This document shows positions 17,350-25,819 of a stretch of 64,000 nucleotides of DNA, in pieces. The stretch's first letter is position 1, and every line of letters begins with the position of its first letter. The translations under genes and the position numbers were made by a program. The stretch is from an uncultured delta proteobacterium (GTDB lineage: Bacteria > Myxococcota > UBA727 > VGSZ01): assembly GCA_963775425.1 (NCBI GenBank), contig CAVZJB010000016.1:1088001-1152000 (forward strand). Direction: 5' to 3'. The notes under the pieces were generated by a model. That model searched no databases. It had not been told where the DNA came from and saw only the letters and a program-made list of their open reading frames with translations.

Positions 17350-18015
17350 GTGGCAGGCATTCGCATCGACTGGGTGCTCCTCGAGACGGCCTTCGAGAGC
17401 CATGCGCCCGACGTCACGAGCTGGTTGCACAAGACGACCGGCGAGATCGCCACGCTCTCCGCGGACACCGAGGACGAGGAGCGCACCCGGGTCACGACCG
17501 ACCCATCGTGGATCGAGATCCAGCCGGTGCCCTCGCGCGAGCAGTACCGGATGATGGAGCGGTTCATCGACACCGTCTCGCACACGCCGCTCAAGGAGCG
17601 CCTCCAGGACTCCATCGTCGGCAAGGGCGCCTTCCGCCGCTTCAAGGACGTCATCAGCCGCTTCCCCGACGAGCGCAAGCGCTGGTTCGCCTTCCGTGAC
17701 GTGCTGCTGCACCGCCACATCCTCGACTGGTTGAAGGACGCCAAGCTCGAGATCGTCGAGATGCCGGCGTGGAGCCTCGAGCTCCCGTCGACGCCGGCGC
17801 CGGGCGAGCCGGCCACCGAAGAGGGCGCGCCGGAGACGTCGGCGGAGCAACAGGAAAAGCAGGAGGCGGAGGAGCTCCGCGCTTACCTGCTTGCGTGGGC
17901 CCGCGCGCACGGCGAGGAGTATCACTACCTCTTCGGGCCTGCCGCGTTCGAGCGGCTCGCGAGCGACATGGCCCACGAGTTCAACTTCTTTCGTCGACGG
18001 AGCACGAGCACGTGA
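17350..18015 (+). CDS. UPF0158 family protein
   Basis: IQPVPSREQYRMMERFI and GKGAFRRFKDV...ERKRWFAFR; GGAG before GTG 17350. Confidence 0.85.
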   Translation: MAGIRIDWVLLETAFESHAPDVTSWLHKTTGEIATLSADTEDEERTRVTTDPSWIEIQPVPSREQYRMMERFIDTVSHTPLKERLQDSIVGKGAFRRFKDVISRFPDERKRWFAFRDVLLHRHILDWLKDAKLEIVEMPAWSLELPSTPAPGEPATEEGAPETSAEQQEKQEAEELRAYLLAWARAHGEEYHYLFGPAAFERLASDMAHEFNFFRRRSTST

Positions 18016-18863
18016 GCGAGCAACCCGCCAAGCACTTCATCACCGCGGGCGCGCACCGCGTCTGTTACGTCGAGGGCGGCAAGCCCGGCATGCCGCGGGC
18101 GATCTTCCTGCACGGCTGGATCGCCAGCCACCAGCTCTATCGCAAGGTGTGGAAGGAGCTCGGCGAGCTCTTCCACTTCCACGCCCTCGACCTCGTCGGC
18201 TTCGGCGACTCCGACAAGCCGGACCCGGGCACCGCCGCCTACGATCCGCCCTTCTATGCGGAGAGCGTCCGCGCCTTCGCCGACGCCGTCGGCCTCACCG
18301 AGCCGTTCACGCTCGTCGCGCAATCCATGGGCGGCATGGTGGCCACGGAATTCGCCATTCGCTTCCCCGAGCGGGTCAAGCAGCTCGTGCTCGTCGACAG
18401 CGCCGGCATCGAGGTGCCACCGCCGGTGCTCGGCCGCATCCTGCAGGCGCCGGTCATCGGGAAGCCGCTCTTCATGGCGCTCGGCGGCACGCGCAAGGCG
18501 CTCAAGGACTTCCTCGTCAACGACGTCTACTTCGTCAAAGAGGTCTTCGAGGACGCGGTCCTCGAGGACATGCTGCGCGTGCAACGCCAGCCCGGCGGCA
18601 AAGAAGCGGCGTACGCCGCGCTCACGCGCATGGTGTCGCCGCGCGTGTACAAGACGTTCCAGACGCGCTTCGAGGACGTGAAGGTGCCGACACGCCTGGT
18701 GTGGGGAGAGAAGGACAAGCTCTTCCCCCTCGAGACCTGCGGGCGCGCCATCGAGAAGAAGATCAGCGGCGCGCGCCTGCACGTCGTCGGCGGCAGCGGC
18801 CACGAGCCGCCGGTGGAGCGGCCGGCGGAATTCATGACCGCCCTGCGCGACGCCGTCACCTGA
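18012..18863 (+). CDS. alpha/beta hydrolase
   Basis: FLHGW, DLVGFGDSDKP, AQSMGG, WGEKD, SGHEP. Confidence 0.9.
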   Translation: MSEQPAKHFITAGAHRVCYVEGGKPGMPRAIFLHGWIASHQLYRKVWKELGELFHFHALDLVGFGDSDKPDPGTAAYDPPFYAESVRAFADAVGLTEPFTLVAQSMGGMVATEFAIRFPERVKQLVLVDSAGIEVPPPVLGRILQAPVIGKPLFMALGGTRKALKDFLVNDVYFVKEVFEDAVLEDMLRVQRQPGGKEAAYAALTRMVSPRVYKTFQTRFEDVKVPTRLVWGEKDKLFPLETCGRAIEKKISGARLHVVGGSGHEPPVERPAEFMTALRDAVT

Positions 18864-18906
18864 GGCGCGTAGGGCAAAGTCGGGGCGACACCCACCTCCT
18901 CTCACC

Positions 18907-19066
18907 GTGTCAAGGTTGACGCGTCCCGGGTTCGCACGGACACGGTTTCGGCCGCGCGCCGGCGAAACGACGCGCGCCTCTGCGCTTCCGCTCCGCGTTC
19001 CATGGCCGCGCGCATGCGCGCTGTGATCGGCGTCGCGCGCCGAAGCGCGTTGGCCTCGCTCGTGCA
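18907..19066 (+). promoter_or_regulatory. putative sigma54 promoter with an upstream palindromic activator site
   Basis: TGGCCTCGCTCGTGCA (19051-19066, GG-N10-GC) and palindrome GTCAA-GG-TTGAC (18909-18920) about 130 bp upstream. Confidence 0.55.
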
Positions 19067-19095
19067 TTGAACCCACGCACCAGGGAGAGCGACAC

Positions 19096-19263
19096 ATGCA
19101 CACCACCAAGCGCGCCACCAAGACCATCCGCACCACCGTCGGGGAGCTCGCCGCCGCCTTCTACGAGGCCGCGCTCGCCGAGCTGAAGGACGAAGTCGCC
19201 GCCGCCCGCGTCGCGCAGCGGATGGTGCAGGACGCCGTTCGCCAGCGCCGCGTCCTCGTCTGA
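19096..19263 (+). CDS. small hypothetical protein (55 aa), below the ORF-track cutoff
   Basis: GGGAGA RBS; MHTTKRATKTIRTTVGELAAAFYEAALAELKDEVAAARVAQRMVQDAVRQRRVLV; codons almost all end in G/C. Confidence 0.75.
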   Translation: MHTTKRATKTIRTTVGELAAAFYEAALAELKDEVAAARVAQRMVQDAVRQRRVLV

Positions 19264-19300
19264 ATAGCGGCCTGTGGCCTCGGAGCGGTACAAACGCGAC

Positions 19301-20230
19301 ATGCTGCGCGTACGCATCGAGGCCCCGTCGAGCCCCTTCTCCGTGGAGCGGCTCGCCGCAGGCGTCGCGCGGTTGCGCGACGCCGGTTGTGACGTCGACG
19401 ACAGCCACGCGGGCCCGCGAGGGCGGCACGCGTACCTGAACGGCAGCGACGTCGAACGCAAGAAGTCCCTCGAAAGAGCTCTCCACAGCGATGTCGATGT
19501 CGTGTGGCTCGCCCGCGGCGGCTACGGCCTGAGCCGCATCGCGGGCGGAATCACCGTGCCCCGCCGCGGCCCGGTGGTGTGCGGTTTCTCCGACGCCACG
19601 GCGCTTTTCGCACAGCTCAGCGGCACAGGCGTCCCGTGCGTACACGGCCCGCTCGCGACCACGATCGCGGCGGAGCCCGACGACTCCTTCGCCCACTGCC
19701 TCGACGTCCTCATGCGCCGCGCCAAGGGGAAGCGACTGCCCGTGCAGCTCGAAGAGAGCGTCGACGTCGACGGCACCCTGTTCGCGGGGAACCTCTGCGT
19801 GCTCGCGCACCTGTGCGGGACGCCGTCGATGCCGAGCCTCGAGGGCAGCATCGTGGTGCTCGAGGAGATCGGCGAGCGGCCCTACCGCATCGATCGCATG
19901 CTGACCCAGCTCCGCGAGAGCGGCGCCTTCGTCGGCGTCCGCGCCGTGATCGTCGGGCACCTCACGGACTGCGCCGAGCCCGTCCCCCTCGGGGCGCGCG
20001 CGCACGACGTCGGCGGGGGCGCGCGCGACCCGGCGCCCGCGCCGCTCGATGTGTTTCGCGAGCGGCTGGGCGCGTTCGGCATCCCCGTCGCCCACGGCAT
20101 CACCGTCGGCCACGAGCCGCCGTGCACCGCCCTCCCCCTCGGCGTGCGCGCGCGCTTGAGCGGCGCGGCGGGCACGGGGACGCTGGAGCTCCTCGAAGAT
20201 CTCCCCGGCGGCGGGCAGGACCGCGCGTGA
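19301..20230 (+). CDS. ldcA: S66 LD-carboxypeptidase
   Basis: ARGGYG, GFSDAT (Ser), HGP, LEEIGERPYRIDRML (Glu), GH (His). Confidence 0.9.
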   Translation: MLRVRIEAPSSPFSVERLAAGVARLRDAGCDVDDSHAGPRGRHAYLNGSDVERKKSLERALHSDVDVVWLARGGYGLSRIAGGITVPRRGPVVCGFSDATALFAQLSGTGVPCVHGPLATTIAAEPDDSFAHCLDVLMRRAKGKRLPVQLEESVDVDGTLFAGNLCVLAHLCGTPSMPSLEGSIVVLEEIGERPYRIDRMLTQLRESGAFVGVRAVIVGHLTDCAEPVPLGARAHDVGGGARDPAPAPLDVFRERLGAFGIPVAHGITVGHEPPCTALPLGVRARLSGAAGTGTLELLEDLPGGGQDRA

Positions 20231-21321
20231 CCCGCGACGCCGACGCGGCGCGGGCCGTGCGCATCGCCCTGGACGCCGGCGTCGGCGACGGCACCACGCC
20301 GGGCGCCGCCGCGCTGGTGTTCTCTCCGGGCGGGCGCCTCGTCCACACGACGGGGGCGCTGCATGGCGCCCCCGGCGCCGCGGCGGTCGACGCGGACACG
20401 GTGTTCGACCTCGCGTCGCTCACCAAGCTGCTGTCGACGACCCTGCTCGTCGCGCGCGCCGTCGACGACGGGAGGCTCGCGCTCGACGAGCAGCCGTGGC
20501 CGCGCTGGCCCGGCGTCACCGTCGAGCACGTGCTGCGCCACGAGGCGGGCCTGCCTGCGTGGCTGCCGCTCTTCGAAGAGACGCGGCAAAAGGGCGGCAT
20601 CGGCCTGCCCGCGGGGAAGGCCCTCGTCGAGGAGGCCGCGCGCGCGGCGGCGCCGGAGGCCGCGCCGGGCGCGCGCACGCTCTACTCGGACATCGGCATC
20701 ATCGCGCTCGGCGCGCTGATCGAAGAGCGCAGCGGGCGCGCGCTCGACGCCCTGTTCGCGGAGGCGGCGCAGGCCGCCTACGGCGAGACCGGCTTGCGCT
20801 TCGTGCGCCTCGCCTTCGACGGCTATCACCCCGCGGTGCCGAACGTCGCGCCCACCGAGCGTTGCCCGTGGCGCCGGCGCGCGCTGTTCGGGCAGGTGCA
20901 CGACGAAAACGCCTTCGCCATGGGCGGCGTCGCGGGGCACGCGGGGCTGTTCGGCTCGCTCCTCGACGTCGAGGCGGCGGCGCGCGCGCTGCTCGACGCC
21001 GTCGGCGACGGCGGCGGCGCGGGGGTCCCGGCGCGGCTGCGCTCGTTCGCGTCGGTGCCGGGAGGCGCGCGGCGGCCGATCGGCTTCGACAAGGCCTCCC
21101 CCGGCGGCTCCACCGGCGACGCGCTGTCGCCGCGCACCGTGGGCCACCTCGCGTTCACCGGCTGTTCCCTGTGGGTCGATCCCGACGACGGCGCCGCCTA
21201 CGTGCTGTTGACGAATCGGGTGCACGCCACGCGCGACGGACCGCAGAAGATCCGCGCGCTGCGCCAGCGCTTCCACCGCGCGGCGGCGGCGTGGGTCCGA
21301 AGCGAGCCGAGCTCGGGCTAG
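20227..21321 (+). CDS. serine hydrolase, beta-lactamase/S12 family
   Basis: FDLASLTK (SxxK), YSDIG, GQVHDENA, AGHAGLF, LLTNRVH. Confidence 0.9.
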   Translation: MTRDADAARAVRIALDAGVGDGTTPGAAALVFSPGGRLVHTTGALHGAPGAAAVDADTVFDLASLTKLLSTTLLVARAVDDGRLALDEQPWPRWPGVTVEHVLRHEAGLPAWLPLFEETRQKGGIGLPAGKALVEEAARAAAPEAAPGARTLYSDIGIIALGALIEERSGRALDALFAEAAQAAYGETGLRFVRLAFDGYHPAVPNVAPTERCPWRRRALFGQVHDENAFAMGGVAGHAGLFGSLLDVEAAARALLDAVGDGGGAGVPARLRSFASVPGGARRPIGFDKASPGGSTGDALSPRTVGHLAFTGCSLWVDPDDGAAYVLLTNRVHATRDGPQKIRALRQRFHRAAAAWVRSEPSSG

Positions 21322-21995
21322 GCGACCTTGCGGGTCCAGCGCGGCTTGGGGGTGTAGCCGACGAAGTAGCCGGCGTCGCGCAGCGCCTCGAGGAACCTCG
21401 CGCGCTGCCCCTTCTCGAGGAGCTTGATGCGCGCGCGCGTGACCTTCATGGCCCGCGCCGTGGCCTCCTGGGTGAGGCCGTGGACGAAGCGGTGCAGGAA
21501 GAACTCGCGCCCTTCGTCGTCGAGGGTCTGGATGAACGACCTGGTGACCTCGTGCAGCTCGCCGTCGGCGAAGGCGACCTCGGGATCGCGGTCGTCGGAG
21601 TGCAGCCCCGGGTGCGAGTCCGAGCGGCGGCGCGCGAGGACGTCGGTGGCCTCATCGCTGGCGTCGAGCGGGAGCACCCGCTCGCGGCGCTGGAACTCGC
21701 GCAGCACGAGGTTCTTGGCGATGGAGAAGAGGTAATTCTTGAAGGGGCGCTCGCCGTCGTAGTGCGCGCGGGTGTTGGGGGCGAAGGCGCGGGCGAACGT
21801 TTCCTGCAGGATGCTCTCGGCGTCGATCCCGGCGACGCCTCCGCGATAACGGCAGGTGCGCCCTCGGCTCACGAACGTGAACCCGCCGGCGAGGAAGCGG
21901 CGGACGGGCTCACACAAGGCACGGTAGAGGATCTCGAAAGCCCAGGTTTCTCCCGCCCGATACGCGGCCAACAGCTTTCGATCCTCATGCAGCAT
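21318..21995 (-). CDS. ECF-type sigma-70 factor
   Basis: Region 2 (ILQETFARAF, FKNYLFSIAKN) and region 4 HTH (GLTQEATARAM). Confidence 0.88.
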   Translation of the reverse strand: MLHEDRKLLAAYRAGETWAFEILYRALCEPVRRFLAGGFTFVSRGRTCRYRGGVAGIDAESILQETFARAFAPNTRAHYDGERPFKNYLFSIAKNLVLREFQRRERVLPLDASDEATDVLARRRSDSHPGLHSDDRDPEVAFADGELHEVTRSFIQTLDDEGREFFLHRFVHGLTQEATARAMKVTRARIKLLEKGQRARFLEALRDAGYFVGYTPKPRWTRKVA

Positions 21996-22219
21996 CGTGC
22001 TCCCCAGGCAAAAGGTCCGCGGACGCTACCACAGCATCGGTAAAAGGGCGGTGATCGGGGCGGATGTGCCGGATCTCCCTCCAAATCCGGCGCTCGGCGG
22101 CTAGACGTGCGAATCGCCGCACTGCGTCGACGAGGCGAGGCAGGCGACGGAAGTCCACGAATTCCAGCGCTTTACCCGTCGTCCATTGCGGTGTAACCCC
22201 CGGCCTCCTCGGAGGCCCG

Positions 22220-24532
22220 ATGCTGCGCCACTCGCTCGCCCTCACCGTGCTCCTCGCCGCTTCGACCGCGCTCGCGCAGTCCGCCGCGGCGCCTGCCGCG
22301 GACAAGCCCGCCGACACCAAGAAGGCCGACGACAACAAGGCCGACGACAACAAGGCCGACGACAAGAAGGCCGGCGACAAGAAGGCCGGCGACAAGAAGG
22401 CCGGCGACAAGAAGGCCGGCGACAAGAAGGCCGATGACAAGAAGGCCGACGACAAGGCCGGCGACGCGAAGCCCGCGGAGACCCCGGCCGGCACAGAGGT
22501 GCCGGCGCTGCCGCCGCCCGCGGAGACCACGCCGACCGCGCCCACCGAGGAGCCGACGGCGCCGGCGGGGATGTCGCCGGAAGACATGGCCAAGCTGAAG
22601 GCGCAGCTCAAGGCCGAGCTCGAGACCGAGCTCAAGGCGCAGATGCAAAACGAGATGGAGGCCGCGGCGCGCGACGCGGCCACGCAGAAGGCGGCGGCGC
22701 AGGAGTGGGAAGAGGAGAAGTGGGTCGAGGAGGTCAAGCCCACGCTCAACTTCCTCCAGCTCGACGGCTACTTCCGCACGCGCTTCGACCTCTTCAACCG
22801 CCTCGACCTCGGCACGTTCGATCCGAACGCGGGCGGCGGCGTCGGCCGCGGCACGTCGATGGTGCCGCCGCCCACGATGTACCGCCCCTTCGACGGCGAC
22901 AACTGCACCGCGTCCACGCCGAACTTCCCCGGCGACACCTGCTCCACGCAGAAGGAGGACACCGAGACCCTCCTCACCATGAACATGCGGCTGCGCCTGA
23001 ACCCGACGCTGAACGTGTCGGACGACATCAAGATCAAGTCGACCGTCGACGTCTTCGACAACCTCGTCTACGGCAGCACGCCAGAGGCCCTGCCCGGCTT
23101 CGCCAACGGCAACCCCACGCTCCCCTTGCCGCTGTTCACGCAGTCGCAGAACTCACCGCAGGTGGGCCTCAACTCCATCTACGACGCCATCCGCATCAAG
23201 CGCGTCTGGGCCGAGGTCACCACGCCCCTCGGCCAGCTCCGCTTCGGCCGCATGCCGGTGAACTTCGGCCTCGGCATCCTCGCCAACGATGGCAACAAGC
23301 TCACCAGCGACTACGGCGACAACGCCGATCAGATCCTGTTCGCCACGCGCATCGCCGGGCACTACATCGTGCCCGCGTACTCGTGGTCGTCGTCGGGTCC
23401 GTTCGGCCGCGGCGGCGGCAGCGGCATCGGCGGCGACGCCGACTTCTCGTCGTTCGCCAACGAGGGCGGCACCCGCTACAACCTCGACCCGCGCGACGAC
23501 GTGCACAGCTTCATCCTCGTCATCGCCAAGAAGGACAAGGAAGAGGACATCACGGAGCAGTTGCGCAACGGCGGCATCGTCCTCAACTACGGCGCCTTCC
23601 TCGTGTACCGCACGCAGCAATTCGACGATCCCGCCTACTACACGGGCGGGGTGTCGGCGGGCTCGCCGAACCCGGTGGCAGCGCCCGAGGACTACGTGCG
23701 GCGCGACGCCAACGCGGGCATCGGCTCGCTGTGGGGGCGCTTCCAATGGGACAAGCTCAAGATCGAAGCCGAGGCCGTCGGCATCCTCGGCCAGATCAGC
23801 GGGACGGCCGTGGTGTCGGGCCAGGGGAATTTCGATCCGCGCCTCAAGGTGCTCACCGACGCCACCCAGACCGGCGACAACGCCTTCACCAACCAGCCGC
23901 TCATCGTGTTCCAGGGCGGCGCCGCTGTCGAGTCCAGCTACAAGCTCCTCAACGATCAGCTCACCATCGGCCTCGACGGCGGCATCGCCTCCGGTGACGA
24001 CGCCTTCGGCATGGGCCTGCGCCCGGTGCTGAAGCAGGAGCCCAAGCCCGGTGACCTCGACGGCCAGCAGTACGGGCAGTGCCTCGAGCGCGACCCGGAC
24101 GGCCACGACATCGACGGCGACGGCGTGGTGGATTGCGTGAAGGTCGACAACGACGTCACCAACTACCGCTTCAACCCCGACTACGCGGTGGACCTCATCC
24201 TCTTCCGCGAGGTGCTCGGCACCGTGACGGACGCGTTCTACGTGAAGCCTCACATCGGCTACAACCTCACCGAGAACCTCGGCGCGCGCGCCGACGTCAT
24301 GTACGCCGAGGCGCTGTTCGCGTCGTCGACGCCCGGCCAGCAGAACCCGCTCGGCCTCGAGGTCGACCTCAGCGGCTTCTACGGCACCGAGGACGGCTTC
24401 TACCTGATGGCGCAGTACGGCATCATGCTGCCCTTCGGCGCCTTCGCGCAGAGCGCCACCGACGTCGACCCGCAGTTCCGGAGCCCGCAGTTCGCCCAGA
24501 CCTTCCAGGTCTTCGGCGGCGTGCAGTTTTAG
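22220..24532 (+). CDS. outer-membrane beta-barrel, TIGR04551-like (myxobacterial)
   Basis: GGAGG RBS, signal peptide, GYFRTRFDLF, NMRLRLNPTLNVS, RFGRMP..FGLGILANDG, FNPDYAVDLILFR, terminal Phe. Confidence 0.78.
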   Translation: MLRHSLALTVLLAASTALAQSAAAPAADKPADTKKADDNKADDNKADDKKAGDKKAGDKKAGDKKAGDKKADDKKADDKAGDAKPAETPAGTEVPALPPPAETTPTAPTEEPTAPAGMSPEDMAKLKAQLKAELETELKAQMQNEMEAAARDAATQKAAAQEWEEEKWVEEVKPTLNFLQLDGYFRTRFDLFNRLDLGTFDPNAGGGVGRGTSMVPPPTMYRPFDGDNCTASTPNFPGDTCSTQKEDTETLLTMNMRLRLNPTLNVSDDIKIKSTVDVFDNLVYGSTPEALPGFANGNPTLPLPLFTQSQNSPQVGLNSIYDAIRIKRVWAEVTTPLGQLRFGRMPVNFGLGILANDGNKLTSDYGDNADQILFATRIAGHYIVPAYSWSSSGPFGRGGGSGIGGDADFSSFANEGGTRYNLDPRDDVHSFILVIAKKDKEEDITEQLRNGGIVLNYGAFLVYRTQQFDDPAYYTGGVSAGSPNPVAAPEDYVRRDANAGIGSLWGRFQWDKLKIEAEAVGILGQISGTAVVSGQGNFDPRLKVLTDATQTGDNAFTNQPLIVFQGGAAVESSYKLLNDQLTIGLDGGIASGDDAFGMGLRPVLKQEPKPGDLDGQQYGQCLERDPDGHDIDGDGVVDCVKVDNDVTNYRFNPDYAVDLILFREVLGTVTDAFYVKPHIGYNLTENLGARADVMYAEALFASSTPGQQNPLGLEVDLSGFYGTEDGFYLMAQYGIMLPFGAFAQSATDVDPQFRSPQFAQTFQVFGGVQF
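22325..22455 (+). repeat. 15-bp coding tandem repeat (ADDNK/AGDKK, about 8-9 units)
   Basis: GCCGGCGACAAGAAG and GCCGACGACAACAAG units. Confidence 0.9.
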
Positions 24533-24571
24533 CGCGCTGGCGCGCGCGAACAGCCGGGCCCTCCGGGCCCC

Positions 24572-24732
24572 CCCGCGCTTCGCGCGGGCCCCCCGCTTCA
24601 AGGAACAGGCTCGATGGGCCCGCTCGCGGAGCTCGCGCTTCCGCGAGCTCCGCACGGTCCGCCAAATGGCGCGATCCCCGCGCCGCGGCGAAGGCGGCCT
24701 CGCAGCAGACCGCGGCGGCCGCCTTCGCCGCG
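24572..24732. repeat. cluster of three GC-rich palindromes (REP-like or structured RNA)
   Basis: 7-bp stem near 24572-24588; 12-bp stem 24626-24637/24642-24653; 16-bp arms 24684-24699/24717-24732. Confidence 0.6.
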
Positions 24733-24839
24733 CTTCGAATTCGGGGCTTGGCGTCGACGTGTGGCCGCCCGCCAGGATCGGGCCGAGGCCACGAAGCACA
24801 CCTGGAGGCGCTTTTCACCTCGCGCGTGCCGCCTTGACG

Positions 24840-25046
24840 CTACTTGTCGCTCGGCGCCGCGGACTCGAGACCCAGGTACGCGGCGAGGGTCTCTTCGACC
24901 ACGACGACGTCGCCGTGCTCTTCGCACCACAGCGCCCAGATCGCGTCGTCATCGGCGACGACGAGGTTCAACACCGTGTCCTCGGGGAGCTCGGCGCCGT
25001 CGATGACGAGCCGTCCGTTCCGCACCGAGACCGTCACGGTCTTCAT
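24840..25046 (-). CDS. small protein with an antitoxin-like (AF2212/DUF104-type) N-terminus
   Basis: MKTVTVSVRNGRLVIDGAELPEDTVLNLVV followed by an acidic tail; 68 aa. Confidence 0.55.
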   Translation of the reverse strand: MKTVTVSVRNGRLVIDGAELPEDTVLNLVVADDDAIWALWCEEHGDVVVVEETLAAYLGLESAAPSDK

Positions 25047-25082
25047 GCCGAAAGACGTATCGTCGGCCCGGTGCCGAACCAC

Positions 25083-25673
25083 GTGATCCAGGCGCTGCTC
25101 GCAGCCACGCTCGCGGCCGCGCCCGCCTCGACGCCCCCCGGCGCACGACCCGCCGTCAAGCCGTCGTCCTGGAGCTTCTCCGCGCGCGCGGACCCCGTCG
25201 TGTTCGCGCTCCTCGGCTTCTCCGCCGGCGTCGACGGCGCGCCGCGTGACGCCCCCTGGCGCCTGAGCGTCGCCGCGTTCCACGTCGTCGTGCCGGACCT
25301 CATCGCCCCGCTCGTCGTCCACCCCGCCGACGGGGTCACCGTCACCGAGGACGCGATCCAGCTCGGCGCGTTCTACGACGTCGACGACCGGCACCGCGGG
25401 TGGTTCTTCGGACCCGAGCTCTACGTCTACGCGCTCGCGTACGAGGCCCGCGGCCGTCGGGCGATCGCGCAGGAGGCCTACGCGCACCTCAGCGCCGGCT
25501 ACACGTGGTTTCCGCTCGCCGCGGATCCGGGATGCGGGTTCTTCCTTCAGCCCTGGGCCACCCTCGGCGCGCCGATCTTCCACACCGGCGGCGCCGAGCT
25601 CGGCGGACGCCACCTCGAGGATCGCGCCGTCAACTGGCACGCAACGGTGTCCGTGGGCGTGCGCTTCCCCTGA
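25083..25673 (+). CDS. small outer-membrane beta-barrel-like protein
   Basis: Signal-like start, alternating aromatic beta strands, C-terminal VSVGVRFP. Confidence 0.6.
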   Translation: MIQALLAATLAAAPASTPPGARPAVKPSSWSFSARADPVVFALLGFSAGVDGAPRDAPWRLSVAAFHVVVPDLIAPLVVHPADGVTVTEDAIQLGAFYDVDDRHRGWFFGPELYVYALAYEARGRRAIAQEAYAHLSAGYTWFPLAADPGCGFFLQPWATLGAPIFHTGGAELGGRHLEDRAVNWHATVSVGVRFP

Positions 25674-25819
25674 GGCCACACAGGCGGTGAAGCCGCGCAC
25701 GCCGCCTGCCCCCCGGCGCCGACGGCCGGCGCGACCCCGGCGACGCCGTGCGTCGTAAGCCGCGCCCCAGGTCGGGGGCGCCTTACGGTTTGCGATCCGT
25801 CTGGTAAGCCTTCGTGCAT

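Noticed and set aside
20227-21321. Acquired beta-lactam resistance gene
   Set aside because: S12 subgroup motifs (VHDENA, GHAGLF), host-like composition and no mobile context.
25754-25787. Imperfect hairpin upstream of the amidohydrolase gene as a riboswitch
   Set aside because: A single stem with no aptamer motif I recognise.
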